Assembly (NCBI GenBank): GCA_038496445.1
Contig: JALMLS010000322.1
Span: forward strand, 806,001 to 870,000
From: Trichosphaerium sp. ATCC 40318
Lineage: Eukaryota; Protista; Tubulinea
Length of the DNA: 64,000 nt
Direction of reading: 5' to 3'
In this document: positions 13,232 to 26,598 of the stretch, piece by piece
How the letters are laid out: each line of letters begins with the position of its first letter
How positions within the stretch are numbered: the first letter of the stretch is position 1
Notes under the pieces: model-generated
The model's input: the letters and a program-made list of their open reading frames with translations, nothing else
What the model was told of the DNA's origin: nothing
The model's database searches: none
Program-made: the position numbers and the translations under genes

Positions 13232-14158
13232 TTATTCTATTATATTTGCACTATGCAATGCCTCGCGAATCTCTGATGTTACTAGCAAGCAATGATGTAG
13301 GTCGATAGTATGTACTCCTATCAATGCTTTTATACCTTCATATGTAATTGAGGAGCAATAAGATAAGTTGATAGTGTGTACACCTGCCAATGCCTTGATA
13401 CCTTCATCTGTTACATTTGTTTCTGATAAATTAATCTCATGTACACCTGCCAACATCTTCAAAGCTTCATCTGTTACCTTGTTCAAAGATGATAAATTAA
13501 TTTTGTGTACACCAGACAATGCTTTGATGCCCTCATCATCAATTCTGCAACTAGATAGATTGATAGTATGTACGCCTGCCAATGCCTTGATACCATCATT
13601 TGTTATCGATTTACAAGAAAATAGGTTGATAGTGTGTACGCCTGCCAATGCTTTGATTCCATCGTCTGTTATTGAGTCACAATATGATAAGTTAATAGTG
13701 TGTACACCCGCCAATACCTTCAAAGCTTCATCTGTTACATTATAAACACCTGATAAGTCAATGTTATGAACGCCTGCCAACGCCTTGATTCCATCATCTG
13801 TTATTGACTCACAATATGATATGTTGATAGTGTGTACGCCTGCAAGTAATTGCACGTGACCATCCTTCAAGTGAGTTCTAAATTTACGAAAAGATAGTTT
13901 TGTATTCTTCAGTAAAGGACTTTTAGAGAGCATCTTCACTTCGTTTTCTGAACTTACATTGATTTCGTCATACCCAATTAGGGTATGGACGATATCTCGT
14001 AATAAGTGACACGTTTGTGCTGAACGAATTGTAAATGTTCCTTGTATTAGAATATGAGCTATTACTTCAACTGGGAGTGCTACAAGCTCAGTTGCTGCGT
14101 TTTCTGGGCATTCTAATGTCATTTTGTTAAGTTGCTTTGCTGGTTGAGCGTGGTGCAT
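13232..14158 (-). CDS. Intronless F-box-like + LRR protein (LAGVHTINLS repeats), paralog 1
   Basis: N-terminal LVALPVEVIAHIL motif; about 9 tandem 22-23 aa repeats LAGVHxIxLSxCxxITDxGIKA. Confidence 0.85.
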   Translation of the reverse strand: MHHAQPAKQLNKMTLECPENAATELVALPVEVIAHILIQGTFTIRSAQTCHLLRDIVHTLIGYDEINVSSENEVKMLSKSPLLKNTKLSFRKFRTHLKDGHVQLLAGVHTINISYCESITDDGIKALAGVHNIDLSGVYNVTDEALKVLAGVHTINLSYCDSITDDGIKALAGVHTINLFSCKSITNDGIKALAGVHTINLSSCRIDDEGIKALSGVHKINLSSLNKVTDEALKMLAGVHEINLSETNVTDEGIKALAGVHTINLSYCSSITYEGIKALIGVHTIDLHHCLLVTSEIREALHSANIIE

Positions 14159-14725
14159 CTTGTTGTTGGTAATTGTAAGCTTTTGGGTAGTATGACGCTT
14201 TTAGTGTCAACCTGGTGTTAGATGCAGTTTTTGGTTGAAATATGAGTAATTTCGTTTTGTGTAACACATTAATGTTAAGGACCGTTAAGTTACTTCGTAG
14301 TTCATTGAAAATACCAAAAGACGATTTATTTTTGCAATACAGTCATAAACCTACAAAATTGGTGAAGTTTACGGAATAATACAAAAGGAGTATTAACAAA
14401 TATTTGAGAACGTGACTCGTGGATTTGACCTGAAATAGCGCTAATTTGTGTTAAGCGCTAGCCTGATTTTTCGTGATGGTTTGTGAACATACGTCGCCTC
14501 GTGCAACTTTTGCAAGCTATCGTTTAGCGTCCTTATGGATTACTGTACATGACCAAAGAACAGAAAGTCGCGTGCTTCCTACTAATCGGAGCCTTTCAAA
14601 AAGTTGGCTTAGCGGTAAAACAACGCGTTTTTTCAGGTCAAATCCCTCCAAATAACCTTCTATACTTCTGTAGAATAATACCTGTCTGCTTCTATATTTA
14701 TTGGCTTATTACAAATGTCATTATT

Positions 14726-16147
14726 TCACGAGTGTCTTACTACCCACATACAGTCAGAATACTTTGATGAAGCATAATTAAATGAAGGTCCTATTGGGTC
14801 TTTTCCTTTGACATGCAATGCCAAATACTTTTCGTTAACTTTATCATTTCCTCCATGTTCTTCTGTCCAAAGATCTAATTGTAAGTGCCTGAGGAAGCTT
14901 ATATGTGTACCTAGGCAACGGTGATGCCCAGCGCATTCTAAACAAACAAGTATTCCGAATGTAACTGAAGCACATCTAGGCGCTTGTACACTGTTATTTT
15001 AAGTTGTTTGAAGTAAGTTCTCGTACACTTTGCTGTACAGTCTGCACATACTTTATTTCCAGGTAACTCCAATAGTCTTTTAAGACGGTCTTGTTGCCAT
15101 TTTGTTCTATTATTTGCCATTTTTGTAGTAAAGTTCCACCACTACAGTAGCACCTGTCTTTACAGCATGCAGCTTAAAGGTGTGACCTTTAACAATAATT
15201 CTAGCTTTTCAAAGAAATGTCAACGTCAGCAAAGAACTGACAGGTACAAAGTGACTTATTACTTTTATTGATACTCACCATAAATGAATAAACTCGCTGC
15301 AAGATGGCTTTAGCCAAACTCTGTTAATGCCATGTAGGAGCTGGTTGTAGTTGAAAAAGGAAAGAACTGACATTGGATAGAGAAAGGGCAAACAAAACTC
15401 GTCTATATAGTTTGTTAAAGGAGAGTAATTGCTGTTATTGTATCAGGTGATAAATAGTGTGCCAAGTCACAATACAAAGTAGCTCAAAAATAGAATTACA
15501 AACTTTGGTGTTTTACGGCCTCCTTACATAGTTTTACTGCCAAAGTCAAGTGTTCAAGCCATTCTGTCCTCTACAAAGATTTAACAACCAACAATTGAGA
15601 AGGTTTAAATCCATTTTTAGCTTGCAAATGAAGAAATGTTGAGTACGCCAAGCGAAAACAAAAAATATATATATCACGTGCGTCTTCTTCCGTATCACTT
15701 TGAATGCGCACACTTCTGTTCACCCCTTCCACTAACTGTATTGCAGGAACTGGCATCTTTGTTTTCTAGATATATAACTAAGGAACACATCAAAAGATGT
15801 AACGCTCACCTTGAAAAAAGACAGTTTATCTACCCCTAAAACACAATGACAGCGCCCTTCGTACAACTTCGTTATCCAACCTTTCTTTCGTACAAGTATG
15901 TAGCGCTAGATAAATGTCACAAAAACTGAGAAAAAAAATAGTATTTGAATACGTAGAACGTAGACCTGTGTTCATGAAAAAAAGACTGTCAATTATTTCA
16001 TACCTTGTACAGTGAGTTTTTATTTATGACATCACAATAAAGTGTATTTAATGTCCTTGCGACCTCCATAAGTTTAATTGTATCAATTTTATCTACAGTT
16101 AAATAAACGAGCTCTGGAGGTAATTGAAGAGCTCCAGCACGTGACAT
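14726..16147 (-). CDS. Multi-exon protein with F-box-like N-terminus, PH-like domain and C-terminal ArfGAP domain
   Basis: MSRAGALQLPPELVYLTVDKIDTIKLMEVARTL; PH-like KKGWITKL ... SDTEED|RTEWLEHL; ArfGAP PGNKVCADC-x16-CLECAGHHRCLGTHISFLR ... LDLWT. Confidence 0.7.
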
Positions 16148-16868
16148 CCTACAAACTAACAACGGAAGCACAACGAATTAATTAACAAGTCAATGGCATT
16201 CTGCACGTGTATTTTTCAGTGGATACAAGGAGGTCAATTTGTGCTGAGGCCTAGTTGTCACGTGATAAAGTACTATTACAGGATTCTTTGTAATAATAAT
16301 AAACTTATACAAGTAGAACTATTATGCCTTTTTTTGAGATTGTTACCAATCATACATGGCCTCTCTACCTTCAAATCTACTATGTACTACATTACAGAAC
16401 TAAAAACACAAGATACAGTTGCATAAAACTTTTTATTTCGCAAATCTTGATGGTTTTTTTGTACACAAAAAAAACACTAACAAAATCTCCACACAACCGG
16501 CTGTAGCTGGTATTACGCATCTTTTTTTGAAAAATAAAACAAAGATGAGATTAGGGGGTGCGGTGAGTTTCATGCGCTATCTCTTTCCGTTGATGGGGGA
16601 TGTATTGGGTGCCAAGTGAATCTTTAAAAATCCAAGAACCCCAAAGAAAAAAAAGGTATTCGAATCCTCCCGCCCAGGACTCCACGCGCTATTTAGTTGG
16701 CCATTACTCGCATGCCATTTTAATAAGAGCACTAATATTAATATAATCAGTACTACACAAATATGAAATAAAAAAATACACAGAGTGCTGTTGATGGAAC
16801 AACGAAGAAAAAAAGACGAAAGTTAAAGAAAAACGTACCCACGCAAACACTCGTTTCGTCTGATGTTT

Positions 16869-19800
16869 TTAATATTGCTGTGTCTGCAGTTGTTGTGTCA
16901 AATAGCCACTGCCTTGCGTCTGCGTATTGAGATCACCATATCCGTCATCTTGTGACTTAAAATCCTGACTCTCAAGGTTCTGGCTTCTAAAAGACATATC
17001 ATCCATACCACTATCTTGAGATAAAGTAAAGCGGTCATCATAAGACTGAGATCCAGCTAATGATCCTGCTTGTGTTATAGGCATCTGAGACATTGTTTGA
17101 GATTGGGTTTGGAGTTGAGAGGCTTGTGTAGAAGCCTAAGAAAACGAATAAGCACAAAACAAATGAAGAACAAAAAGAAATTGTACAAAGCTTAAGATCA
17201 TACCTGCGAATATTGGGACTCTACATTGCGTCTTTGAGAACGGTAGGACATACGACCAGGTCCTCTAGGGTTATATCCTTCTGGTCCTTGTCTAGAGTAA
17301 GGTCCTTGTGATGAACCCACATAACGATGAGAAGTTGGGGCAGGCATATGTCTGTGACCACGGTTTTGGAAACTTGGTGCTCCTCCTGGTCCAGTAGAAG
17401 AACCAGTTGGCTGGTAACGGTTATACTGTTGTTGTCTTCCATAAGGATCATTGTAGTTATTCGGAGCACCATATCCTCTATCTCTACCTCTATGTCCACC
17501 TTGCTAAAGGAGATGCTTAGATAACAAAGAGAAAAACAAAAAACAGTTTTTCTTTGGATAGTGAGAATACGTACTCTCTCGTGTAATGGGAAACGTCCAG
17601 GAGCTAGAGAGGAATAACCATTGAAGTTATATCTTGCTCTAGGTTTAGGGAATGCAACCATAGATTGTTTAAGATTATTCAATGGACCTTCAACCAAACA
17701 GACATTCTCTTTAAAATAAACAAGAAGATTGTGCCATAAAGGTTGCTGTAGAAAAAGTAAGCCAACAGAAACCAATAATCAACAAAAACAAAAATTGAAC
17801 AAAAATAAAGTTATGTGGACCAACAATACTCAAAAAAAGCAAGTCTTGAAAGAAATACCTTTGAGAGAACTTTTGGATTTCCCAAAATAACTAGGCCGTA
17901 TTTTGCTCTTGTGAGTGCAACATTGAGACGTCTTGGATCATTTAAGAAACCAATACCTACGGTTTGGGTTAGTGGAAGATTTTGTGAAGAATTTTTTTGA
18001 CTTTTTTTTTTGTATTTTCTGGGTTGTGCTGTACTGGCTGGAACACTTTCTGCGTAATTACCCAGAAACTACTCCAGCGAGCGTTATTCAACGAAAGAGC
18101 GACGATAAACCGTCTAAAATTAATGATGAAAATTTTTGTTGGTCGGGATTCGAACCACTGCCGAATTCAAAAAGTCGCCTCCAAATCCCGTTGTGCCATA
18201 GTTGAAATTATTTGAGAAAAATTGCAGTTGGTCAGCGAGCCGTTAAAAAGAAACAATCTTGAGGAAAGCTTACCTTGATGTTCATTCGAACGAACACAAG
18301 AAAGGATTATAAAATCCTTTTCACGACCTTGGAAGCTGTCAACACTCGCCACTTCGATCTCTTCATATAATTCTGTTCGAAGAGAACCAGCACGACGCAT
18401 ATAACTCATAGTGAAAGCGCGTTGTCCTAAAAAGGCGTCAAACATGACCAAAAGTCGAAATAAAGAAACAAAAACAACAATCTACAAAAACTTACCTTCA
18501 TATGGTGTAATGACGCCTATTTGATCAGATCTTACACCTGCCTTGAGGAATTGTGTGACTATCTTCTCGCACATGTTAGCTTCGTCACGATTGAGGTACG
18601 ATGTTCCAGAAGAAGATATCTCCTCTTGTCCCTGACAGTTATAAAAGAACATAGGTTTGTCCGGTGATGGCCATGGGAACTTGATATTCTTTAGCAGACG
18701 TTCTCCAATGGAAACACCGTTTTGGAGTACGCCATCGTAGAATGAATTAGATGGCCATGAACTCAAGCAAGGGTGCATACGATATTGGACCTAAAACAGT
18801 GCGCGTAAATACAACATCATTCTAAAAAAGAGAAAAAAAAAAGGCAACAAGATAGATGACTAAAACAATACCTTTAGCCGAATAGGCTTAATACCAAGCA
18901 TTACTAGACGTTCGAAAAGTGACTGGCAAAGACCTGAACGAGCAGCTTTCTTGCACATGATAACTGGACCGAGCTGACAATGATCTCTAATAAAAATATG
19001 AGCAAAGCACGAAGACACGATTCTCCTACTTACCCAACAAATACGCATTGTTGAGCGCCAAGTACAAGAGGAATAATGCACTCTGGTTCAGTAGCCTGTG
19101 TAGACTCATCAATAAGCACACGCTTGAATCTGAAATGCGATAATCGCGGATCACCAGCACCAACGCAAGTACAGCAAATAACTTGCGCGTTTGCTAAAAT
19201 CTCACGTTCAGCAGCACGTTTCAAGATCTTATAGCTCTTTTCATCTTGGCTTGATAACTCTCCTTGTTGATCCTTAAGTTGTTGTAGTTTGCGTAGTTCC
19301 ATCTTATCAGGTGTTTCTAGACGCTTCACTTGGTAGTGAAGAGTCAAAAAGTCTACTGGAGACGATACAGCCTCTCGGCTTTTAGCGCATAGACGAACTA
19401 CGCGTAAACCTGTCGCATGAATCTTTTCTGTCAATTGATCCACAGCTACGTTAGATGGTGCAGCAACCAACATACGAGATTTGCTTCCCTTAACAAGATA
19501 GTATACAATAGCAGCAGACGTTACAGTTTTTCCTAACTTAAGTTAGGTTTTATAAAGCCTTAACCCATGATCATTGTACCTGTTCCAGGTGGTCCTTGAA
19601 TGAGGTTCAAAGCTGAGTTTAATACAGACTTTACAGCATCAACCTATTAACATGAGTCAGTAATTAACTATTAAAAGTATGAACGTACTTGAGATTCATT
19701 GAGTTCTGGAAGACCTGGTGGAGCAATTTCTTGTGGAACTTTTATGCGTAGTGGTTTATGTTCTACTTCATGACCGAGTAAACGGTGATACAAAAATGAA

Positions 19801-21701
19801 GATACAGCGCTTTCTAAATACACCCAATAAGACGCCATATCACTCGCACATTTACGTACCATCAACAGCAAAGCCTTTCATTGCATTTTGCATACCTAAA
19901 CAATAAATTTAAGAACCAATACAACAAGCAATAACTCCAAGAACACGTACGATCAAACGATGTAGATTTCCAAACAAAATCTACCATATAACCAATAGTA
20001 ACATCATGAGGAACAGAGGCATTACTACGAAGCTCTAAAGCAACTTCCTCATCTACAATAAAGTGTTACAAACTAATCTAGATCAAAGAACAAAAAAACT
20101 TACTGCTTAGTTTGATAACATGCCCAACGCAGCTCCAAGCATCTCTTGTAGCGCTTCCAACATATCTCAAACGTAATTCATCACCGGGTACCAAACGCAG
20201 TTCAGCATCATTTCTAGGGAATTGGAACCATGCTACACGCTTCTTATTAAGACCCATTGACCACCTGACTGTTACATCTCGCTGTGTTTGGCTTTCTTTC
20301 ATTTTTTTGTCATAATCAGCCTCAAGCTTTACAAGTGGACCGAAGATATTTTGATACTGGTATGCGTCTTCATAACTAAACAGAATAAGAACTCATTAAG
20401 AACAGCATTGAGCGCCAACAACAATTTTTTTGATCAAGAAAAAAATGAAAGAAAAAAGAAAAAAAATGTTGATTCTAATACATACATTGGGAGAACTGGA
20501 AGTGGAGCGTCATCAACCCCAGGTTTATCAATATCTTCCAAGTTAGCATCAGGATTTGACTTCCATAATTCTTCTAGCTTATTAATTTGTTGTGGTGTTA
20601 TTTGCCTTGCACGCAATTGTTCTTGCTCAGATGGTACTTTAACAAGCCAAGGTAAAAATGAACGATCCTTTGAAAAAAACCGTAAGCACTATGACTCTAT
20701 AGTAGAGCAAGCAAACATACCTGAATTAGTGGCTGCCATTGTGATAACTCCCAATCCATATTTTGCAAATCGCTACTAGTAGCACAAGGCTCACTAATTG
20801 TAATAAATACTTTGTCATTGTGTTGTTTAAAAAGTTACTAATTTTCAAGAAACAAGAAAATTCATACCGGCATAGAAGAACGACTAGTGACTCGCTCTTG
20901 GCAGGTACAAATCCAAGAACAAATGTGTTCCTACAACCGCACAAGTAGCACTCCAATACAGTCTCACCAAGTGGCGAATCACGATGTAAACAAACCTATT
21001 GTTTTATCAATAAATCTCTAAAACCAAGAATATCCTTACCTCTTTGTGCTTAGATCGGACGAGATGCTGAATTATGTGGGAGCTGTAGTGAGTTAGATCA
21101 CATACATTGAGGGTGACAAGTTGTTTTTTGACGCGTGGAGCGCAGTAGAGCTGAGGGAAACGTACCCGGATGTTCCACCCCTACCATTACAAAACCAGTT
21201 GCCTGTGGCGATACAACGCACTACACACGAAGGGTTGTGAAGGCCACAGTATCTAGTTGTGAGCGTTAACATTTAAATTAATTAATAAAAGGTTACAGGC
21301 GAAATTACACCTGACAGTGCTGTTTCTATAACGTACGTGCAACTTTCGGCAGGTATTTCTTGTACAGCTACCTCTTCCTCTTCAAAATTGTCTTGGAAGT
21401 GTAAATCTGATGTTGCTGATACTAATTCAGCCAAGGAAGTGTCGCTAACAGCTGAAGGTTGCGATGACCCTTCTTGGTTTTCATTGTTCCAAACAGCAGA
21501 TAGAGTGTTCTGGGACGCTGCTTGAGAGTTGTCGGTAAATTCGTGCTCATTATAAGCACCGTATTCTGAATCTTGTGTGTTGAACTCTAAAAACGAGAAA
21601 TCTTGGCTTCCCTCACGAAAATAATCCTCTGTGTGAGACGTTTCTGTTGTTTTTGTACTGTCTTGCGACAAGCCAGGACCGTATTGGTCTCTTGGTTCCA
21701 T
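16869..21701 (-). CDS. UPF1: Regulator of nonsense transcripts 1 (UPF1 RNA helicase), multi-exon
   Basis: CH domain ([20 protein letters not shown]), LIQGPPGT|[66 protein letters not shown]-rich tail. Confidence 0.97.
17957..18273 (-). mobile_element. 317-nt UPF1 intron carrying a tRNA-headed (SINE-like) repeat, copy A
   Basis: A box TGGCACAACGG (18198-18188), B box GGTTCGAATCC (18156-18146), hairpin 18037-18078, A-rich tail; 57-nt ungapped core 44/57 identical to 56777-56833. Confidence 0.65.
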
Positions 21702-21909
21702 GGTACGCGTACAGTGGCGTTTTATCAAGATTTAAGCCTTTTAAAAATTCACTCGCAGCGAATTCCCCAAGACCAATCATTCTCTCAAAACAATCAACTC
21801 GCATCTAAAACATTACGCATGGTGTTAATGAGTAATGAATAACATTACGAAACACATAATAAACAATTAGTAATTACCGCCGCATAATTACGCCGAGCAA
21901 TTCGCTACA
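21702..21909. promoter_or_regulatory. Short bidirectional promoter/UTR region between divergent UPF1 and RNB genes
   Basis: Predicted start codons at 21701 (-) and 21910 (+) are about 208 bp apart; TAATTAC-(C)GCCG occurs twice at about 21871-21895. Confidence 0.55.
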
Positions 21910-24900
21910 ATGAGGAGAAGTGTATTACACCCTGTAGGAAAGAATAGGGGTTACACGCCAAACAGAAGGCGAAATCATGGTAAGCAAGCAGTGTATCACT
22001 AGCTAACAAAGCACACTTACGCGTAACAGGTAAAAACCCTGTACCTTCACCGAGGAAGGCTCCACAAACTCAACCACACATGCCAATTGGAGACATTAGA
22101 AGTATTGGAAGTATACCTAAAGTAAAACCTGTCCCAGAGCAATTGCCTTATCAAAACCTTCCACAGCTCCCTAATTTTGTGCCAAACGGACCAGAGGTAT
22201 GTAGTATTCAACACTGCCAATCTACTCGCATACAATTACCTGTTTTCTTTGCGAACCCAAAATTGCTCGTTCTGGAGTCCAGTAAAAAACAATCCAAAGC
22301 GACGCGTTGATAGACGTTCGTAACACACAAAAAATATTTTACAAAAAACTAACGCGAACGCTTTTTCGTTGGGCGTGTACGCACGAAAGAACTAAGAGCG
22401 AAACTAAGCGCATTAATTCGTTTTTTTTTGTTTGATCAAAAAGTAAAATCTTTTTTTTGAAAGCTTCTAATACCCTTCAGATAAATGCGGCAGCGTATCA
22501 GAGTATAACACCATTCTCTGGTGGCGTTCCTAAGCTTTCTGGACCAGTAATAAATGTTGCACCTGTCTACTCACCACAACATTTACACCTCCAGAATGTC
22601 CGGCCCCATCCTCAAATTCCGTACCACAACCCGCAACAGCAGTTTTTCCAAGCTCACCAACAACACTACCAAAATATGAATTTGCGTCACCCCAACATGT
22701 CCAATTTGATGCATTATCAGCAAGCAGTGTTCAATGCACCAAGGAGACCTGTTCCAGCGTATAATCAACGCGTTTTTGTCCCTCAACACGCTGCTAGATT
22801 TAATCACCAACCAAGCAAAAGCGCTTATCAGCGCACGAATATTGGCCATAGATTAGATGTTCCGTACGTGTCATGAACTTTTTGTATTAATTCTCTACTC
22901 GCAAAGTAAAAAAACTAACTCTCTTAGAACGCGTTCGAACTCTGCAAGAAGGTATATCCCTGGTGACGTACAAGTAGCGAATTTTGATAACGCTGCTCTG
23001 GCACGACGACCAGTTGTAATTGAGTTTATTAACGATGACTGTCGTTGTCTTGGTTTACTCAGTACGTTATAATTTACAGCTCCACTAATTCTGCCGCGTT
23101 TCCATTAATTTTCCTCTTTGCATTATTTTTTAAATCTTCTAACAATCTATCCAGTTGAGCGTGTTGGTGATGATTCAAGGCATAAAAACACTTATTGGGT
23201 AATCACGAACAAGTCTCAGCCTGCAATAGCAGTAGAGGTTTCCCAGATAACGTTTCAATGGCCTTCTCGGCATCACTTTACAAATTACTTTTTCCAAGCA
23301 CAAGATATTCCAAACCTTCAAATTATGTGTCTGGAGCTCACTGAAAAGTACAAAGCACGTGTCCCTATTGCCTGGGGTGCATTTATCGACAAATCCGTCC
23401 ACTATGTGTCCACAGGCGATTTGGCTCAGTTTCTCTTCAAAGAACAACCAGACTCTCCAAAACCTCACGAATATTACGTAGCTCATCGTTTAATGTCAAA
23501 TGACTGTGTTTACTTTGAAGAAACATCCAGACGTCATGTATTCCGTTGCCGAACATTAAAAGAAGTATCAGAGCGTAGACGAATGGAATTGAGCAATAAT
23601 TCAGACTCTACAATTATTTTCTTGCATCGCGTAGTGGCTTGGTTGAAAAAACGTAGTTACAACATGTCAGGTGCAAAGCTTCCTTCCTTGCCAAAAATTG
23701 GAGACATAGACTTGAAATGGGATGTTGTTGCTGATAAGTCTTTCATTGATGAGATAAGCTCATACGCGCTTGTACCTCCTGGACATCAACCAAACTCGAA
23801 GATTTACTCTAAATACCTAAAGGTAAGACACAAAAGGGCTTTGCTTGAAAGTTCTTTATCTTTGTTCATTCAACCCTTTACTCATCATTATTTGTAGTAT
23901 TTGGGTGTTGGCGATATGCCTAGAGGAGCATTCGATTTGTTAGTACGTTTGGGCGTGTACAGTAAGCACCAAAACGTCAATCTGCTTCGTTACCCTCACA
24001 AACTCGACTTTACTCCACAACAAAACAAAAAATACGCTGACCTCTCGGCAATACTCGATAGACCAATAGACTTTATAGAAGATCACAGACGTACGTGTTT
24101 TCCTCATTACACAGACTTCATATTGACATGATTTCACTTCTAGAAGTCTCACGAGGACCACTTGTTGTAGATAGAGATTTTGAGGTTCGTAGGGATCTCA
24201 CACATGTCACACCTGTCCTTGCTATTGATGAAGATATAAATGGAAACGAAATCGATGATGCTATCGCCCTCCATACGAAGAACGGCAAAGAATGGGTTAT
24301 TATTCACATTGCCGACCCTACAAGAGCTATTACACCAAATACTGAGCTTGATCTTTTGGCCAGACAGCGTGCTTGCTCTACTTTCTTGCCAGAGGCTAGT
24401 TTCTCAATGTTTCCTCTTCCACTTGCGCGTAACAATTTCTCGCTACGTCAAGGAAAAACAAATTATTCCTTGTCTTATGCTGTGACTTTGGCTGAAGATG
24501 GATCGATAGATGACTACGAGATATGTCCTGCAGTTGTTGGAGCAGTAACAGCCCTCAGCTACAATGATGCAGATGGTATGCTTAATGGCGTTAAAACGTC
24601 CAAAAAGACGAGGCAGTCAGTTACAGATAGTCTTACAAGGTTGCGTGAGCTTGCTGATTTGAGAAAAGCCTACAGAGTCCGGTACGTCTACGCGTTTTTA
24701 GACTTTTCGCCCAACTTTGGGTTGGCCGCACTTTATTGTTTGTGCACCACTAACATATCCTTTAGCAAAGGTGCAGTTGTGCTTGATATGCCATCACCTC
24801 AAATTCGTGTTGCAGACGAAGATGAACCTCAAATAGACCTTGTAGTTCGTTATGACTATGATTCTCCTTCAAGATCTACTGTACAAGAGCTTATGATTAT

Positions 24901-25759
24901 GGTTGGTGAAGTATCAGCATTATTTGCAAAGAAACATAGTATCCCTATACCTTACAGAACAGTGAGTTTACTTCCCTTTTTTCTCAGTTTACAAGTAAGT
25001 TTGCTGAGTTTATTTTCTAGGTTGACCATACTCGATCCAAGTCAGATGCTTCTGATACAAAAGTGACCGCGCCTAACCCATTATTGGCTGGTTATGATAA
25101 GTTTATGAAGCTTGTTGAGCAAATTAAAAAAATGGGTCAGCTTCCACAAGCTGTGAATGAAATCAATCCTGGGAAGCACTCTGCATTAGCTTTAGATCAG
25201 TACTGTCATGCAACATCTCCTATTCGCCGTTATAGCGATTTATTGGTACATCACCAGATCAAAGCTGTTCTACGTGGAGATAAGCCTCCGTTTGATAAGA
25301 CGAAAGTAGTTTCTATAATGGTAAGTCCAAGAAACAACTGTTTTGGTGTTTTGAGCATCGCGTAGTGGTTGCTGCTTTACTCACTCTTTTGATAGGAAAG
25401 ATTGGCTGAGACTAGTTCTAGTCTATCGCGTCTTACACAGTACAGTCAACGTTACTGGATGCTAAAATATCTTGAGCAAAAAGAGGATGTAGCTCAATCA
25501 GTTTGGAAGTCTCTTGTTCTTTCTGTTAGCAAGAAGTTCTCATTTGGTGGTGCTCAGCTACAAGTAATGCTATTGGATCTAGCTTTTAGAACTACGACAT
25601 TTTTACCTAGAGTCCCTGAACAAGGTAACGACTTTTTTTCTTCAAAAGGTTGTTTTTTTTTTGATACTTACTTGTTTTTCTTCTCTAGGTGACGTTCTGT
25701 TCTTGAAAATTGGAGAAATAGATGCCTTTAATAATGTATTACGCTTTGAGGAAGTATAA
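21910..25759 (+). CDS. RNase II/RNB-family 3'-5' exoribonuclease (Dss1/RNR1-like active site) with Q/H/N-rich N-terminal extension, multi-exon
   Basis: AIDEDINGNEIDDAIAL, IHIADPT, VQELMIMVGE, IPIPYR, HATSPIRRYSDLLVHHQIK, QRYWMLKYL. Confidence 0.9.
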
Positions 25760-26598
25760 GTAAAATTAATGATTGGCTCTATTGTTCTGAATGGATAGAA
25801 GAAAAAAAACTCGAAAAAAACCCTGGAAAAAACAACGAAAAATGTGAGTTTTCTCACAAGGAAAAAAAGAAATAATGCGAAAAACGAAACCCCTAAAAAA
25901 ACCAATTTGTAATTATCTTTCTCTCTATAGATATTTGAATATGTGTAGTGGGTACTTACAAACCATTGTATATAATGACCTTTGTCCATACCAATAAAAA
26001 ACTTGTATTATTACGCTGAACTCTTTGTCCTGGTCAGCAATTAAAAAGTATTGGTGACAACGGTAAATTTGAAAAATTGTTTGACAGTTATTGTGCGTTA
26101 CAACCAAAGTACCCAAATAACTTTGATAACACGATAGTTTGCAGTTTCAATAGTTTCTACAACAGCCGCTTGTCAGGGCTTTTCATCAGTCAAAACTCTT
26201 GAGAGCGCTGTAGCAAAAGGAAACTTATCATATTTTGCATAATTTATCTATTTTGATAAATTATTTATGAAGGCTACTTGGTTGAACTGCACAATAACAT
26301 GATTACCAAAGTGTGTGCAACAATCCACAAGTCTACAAAATGTAATATGTTTGATGCTGTCAAATATTGACCTGGGGTTAAATGACTATGTGATATTGTA
26401 GGCTATCGTTATCAATAGGAGTTTTATAATGCGTAGTTTCTCGAAGAAACAACACCTGTAAAAACAAGATTTCACATATTTTAGTATTCTGAGCACAGTT
26501 TTACTGCAATGGCAAATAGTGTTGGGTTATTAATGGCAAAATATAAGTTTGATTGTTTGAATAATTGTTGTGTACACCAATCAATGATCTTACACTTA

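Noticed and set aside
13368-13745. Long antisense ORFs over the LRR genes (also 26639-27217, 33905-34276, 34442-34681)
   Set aside because: Shadow frames of repetitive coding sequence; the repeated CTPANA pattern is simply the reverse complement of LAGVHT codons.
18140-18205. Possible functional tRNA gene in the UPF1 intron
   Set aside because: A and B boxes are present but the acceptor and T stems do not pair; treated as a tRNA-derived repeat head instead.
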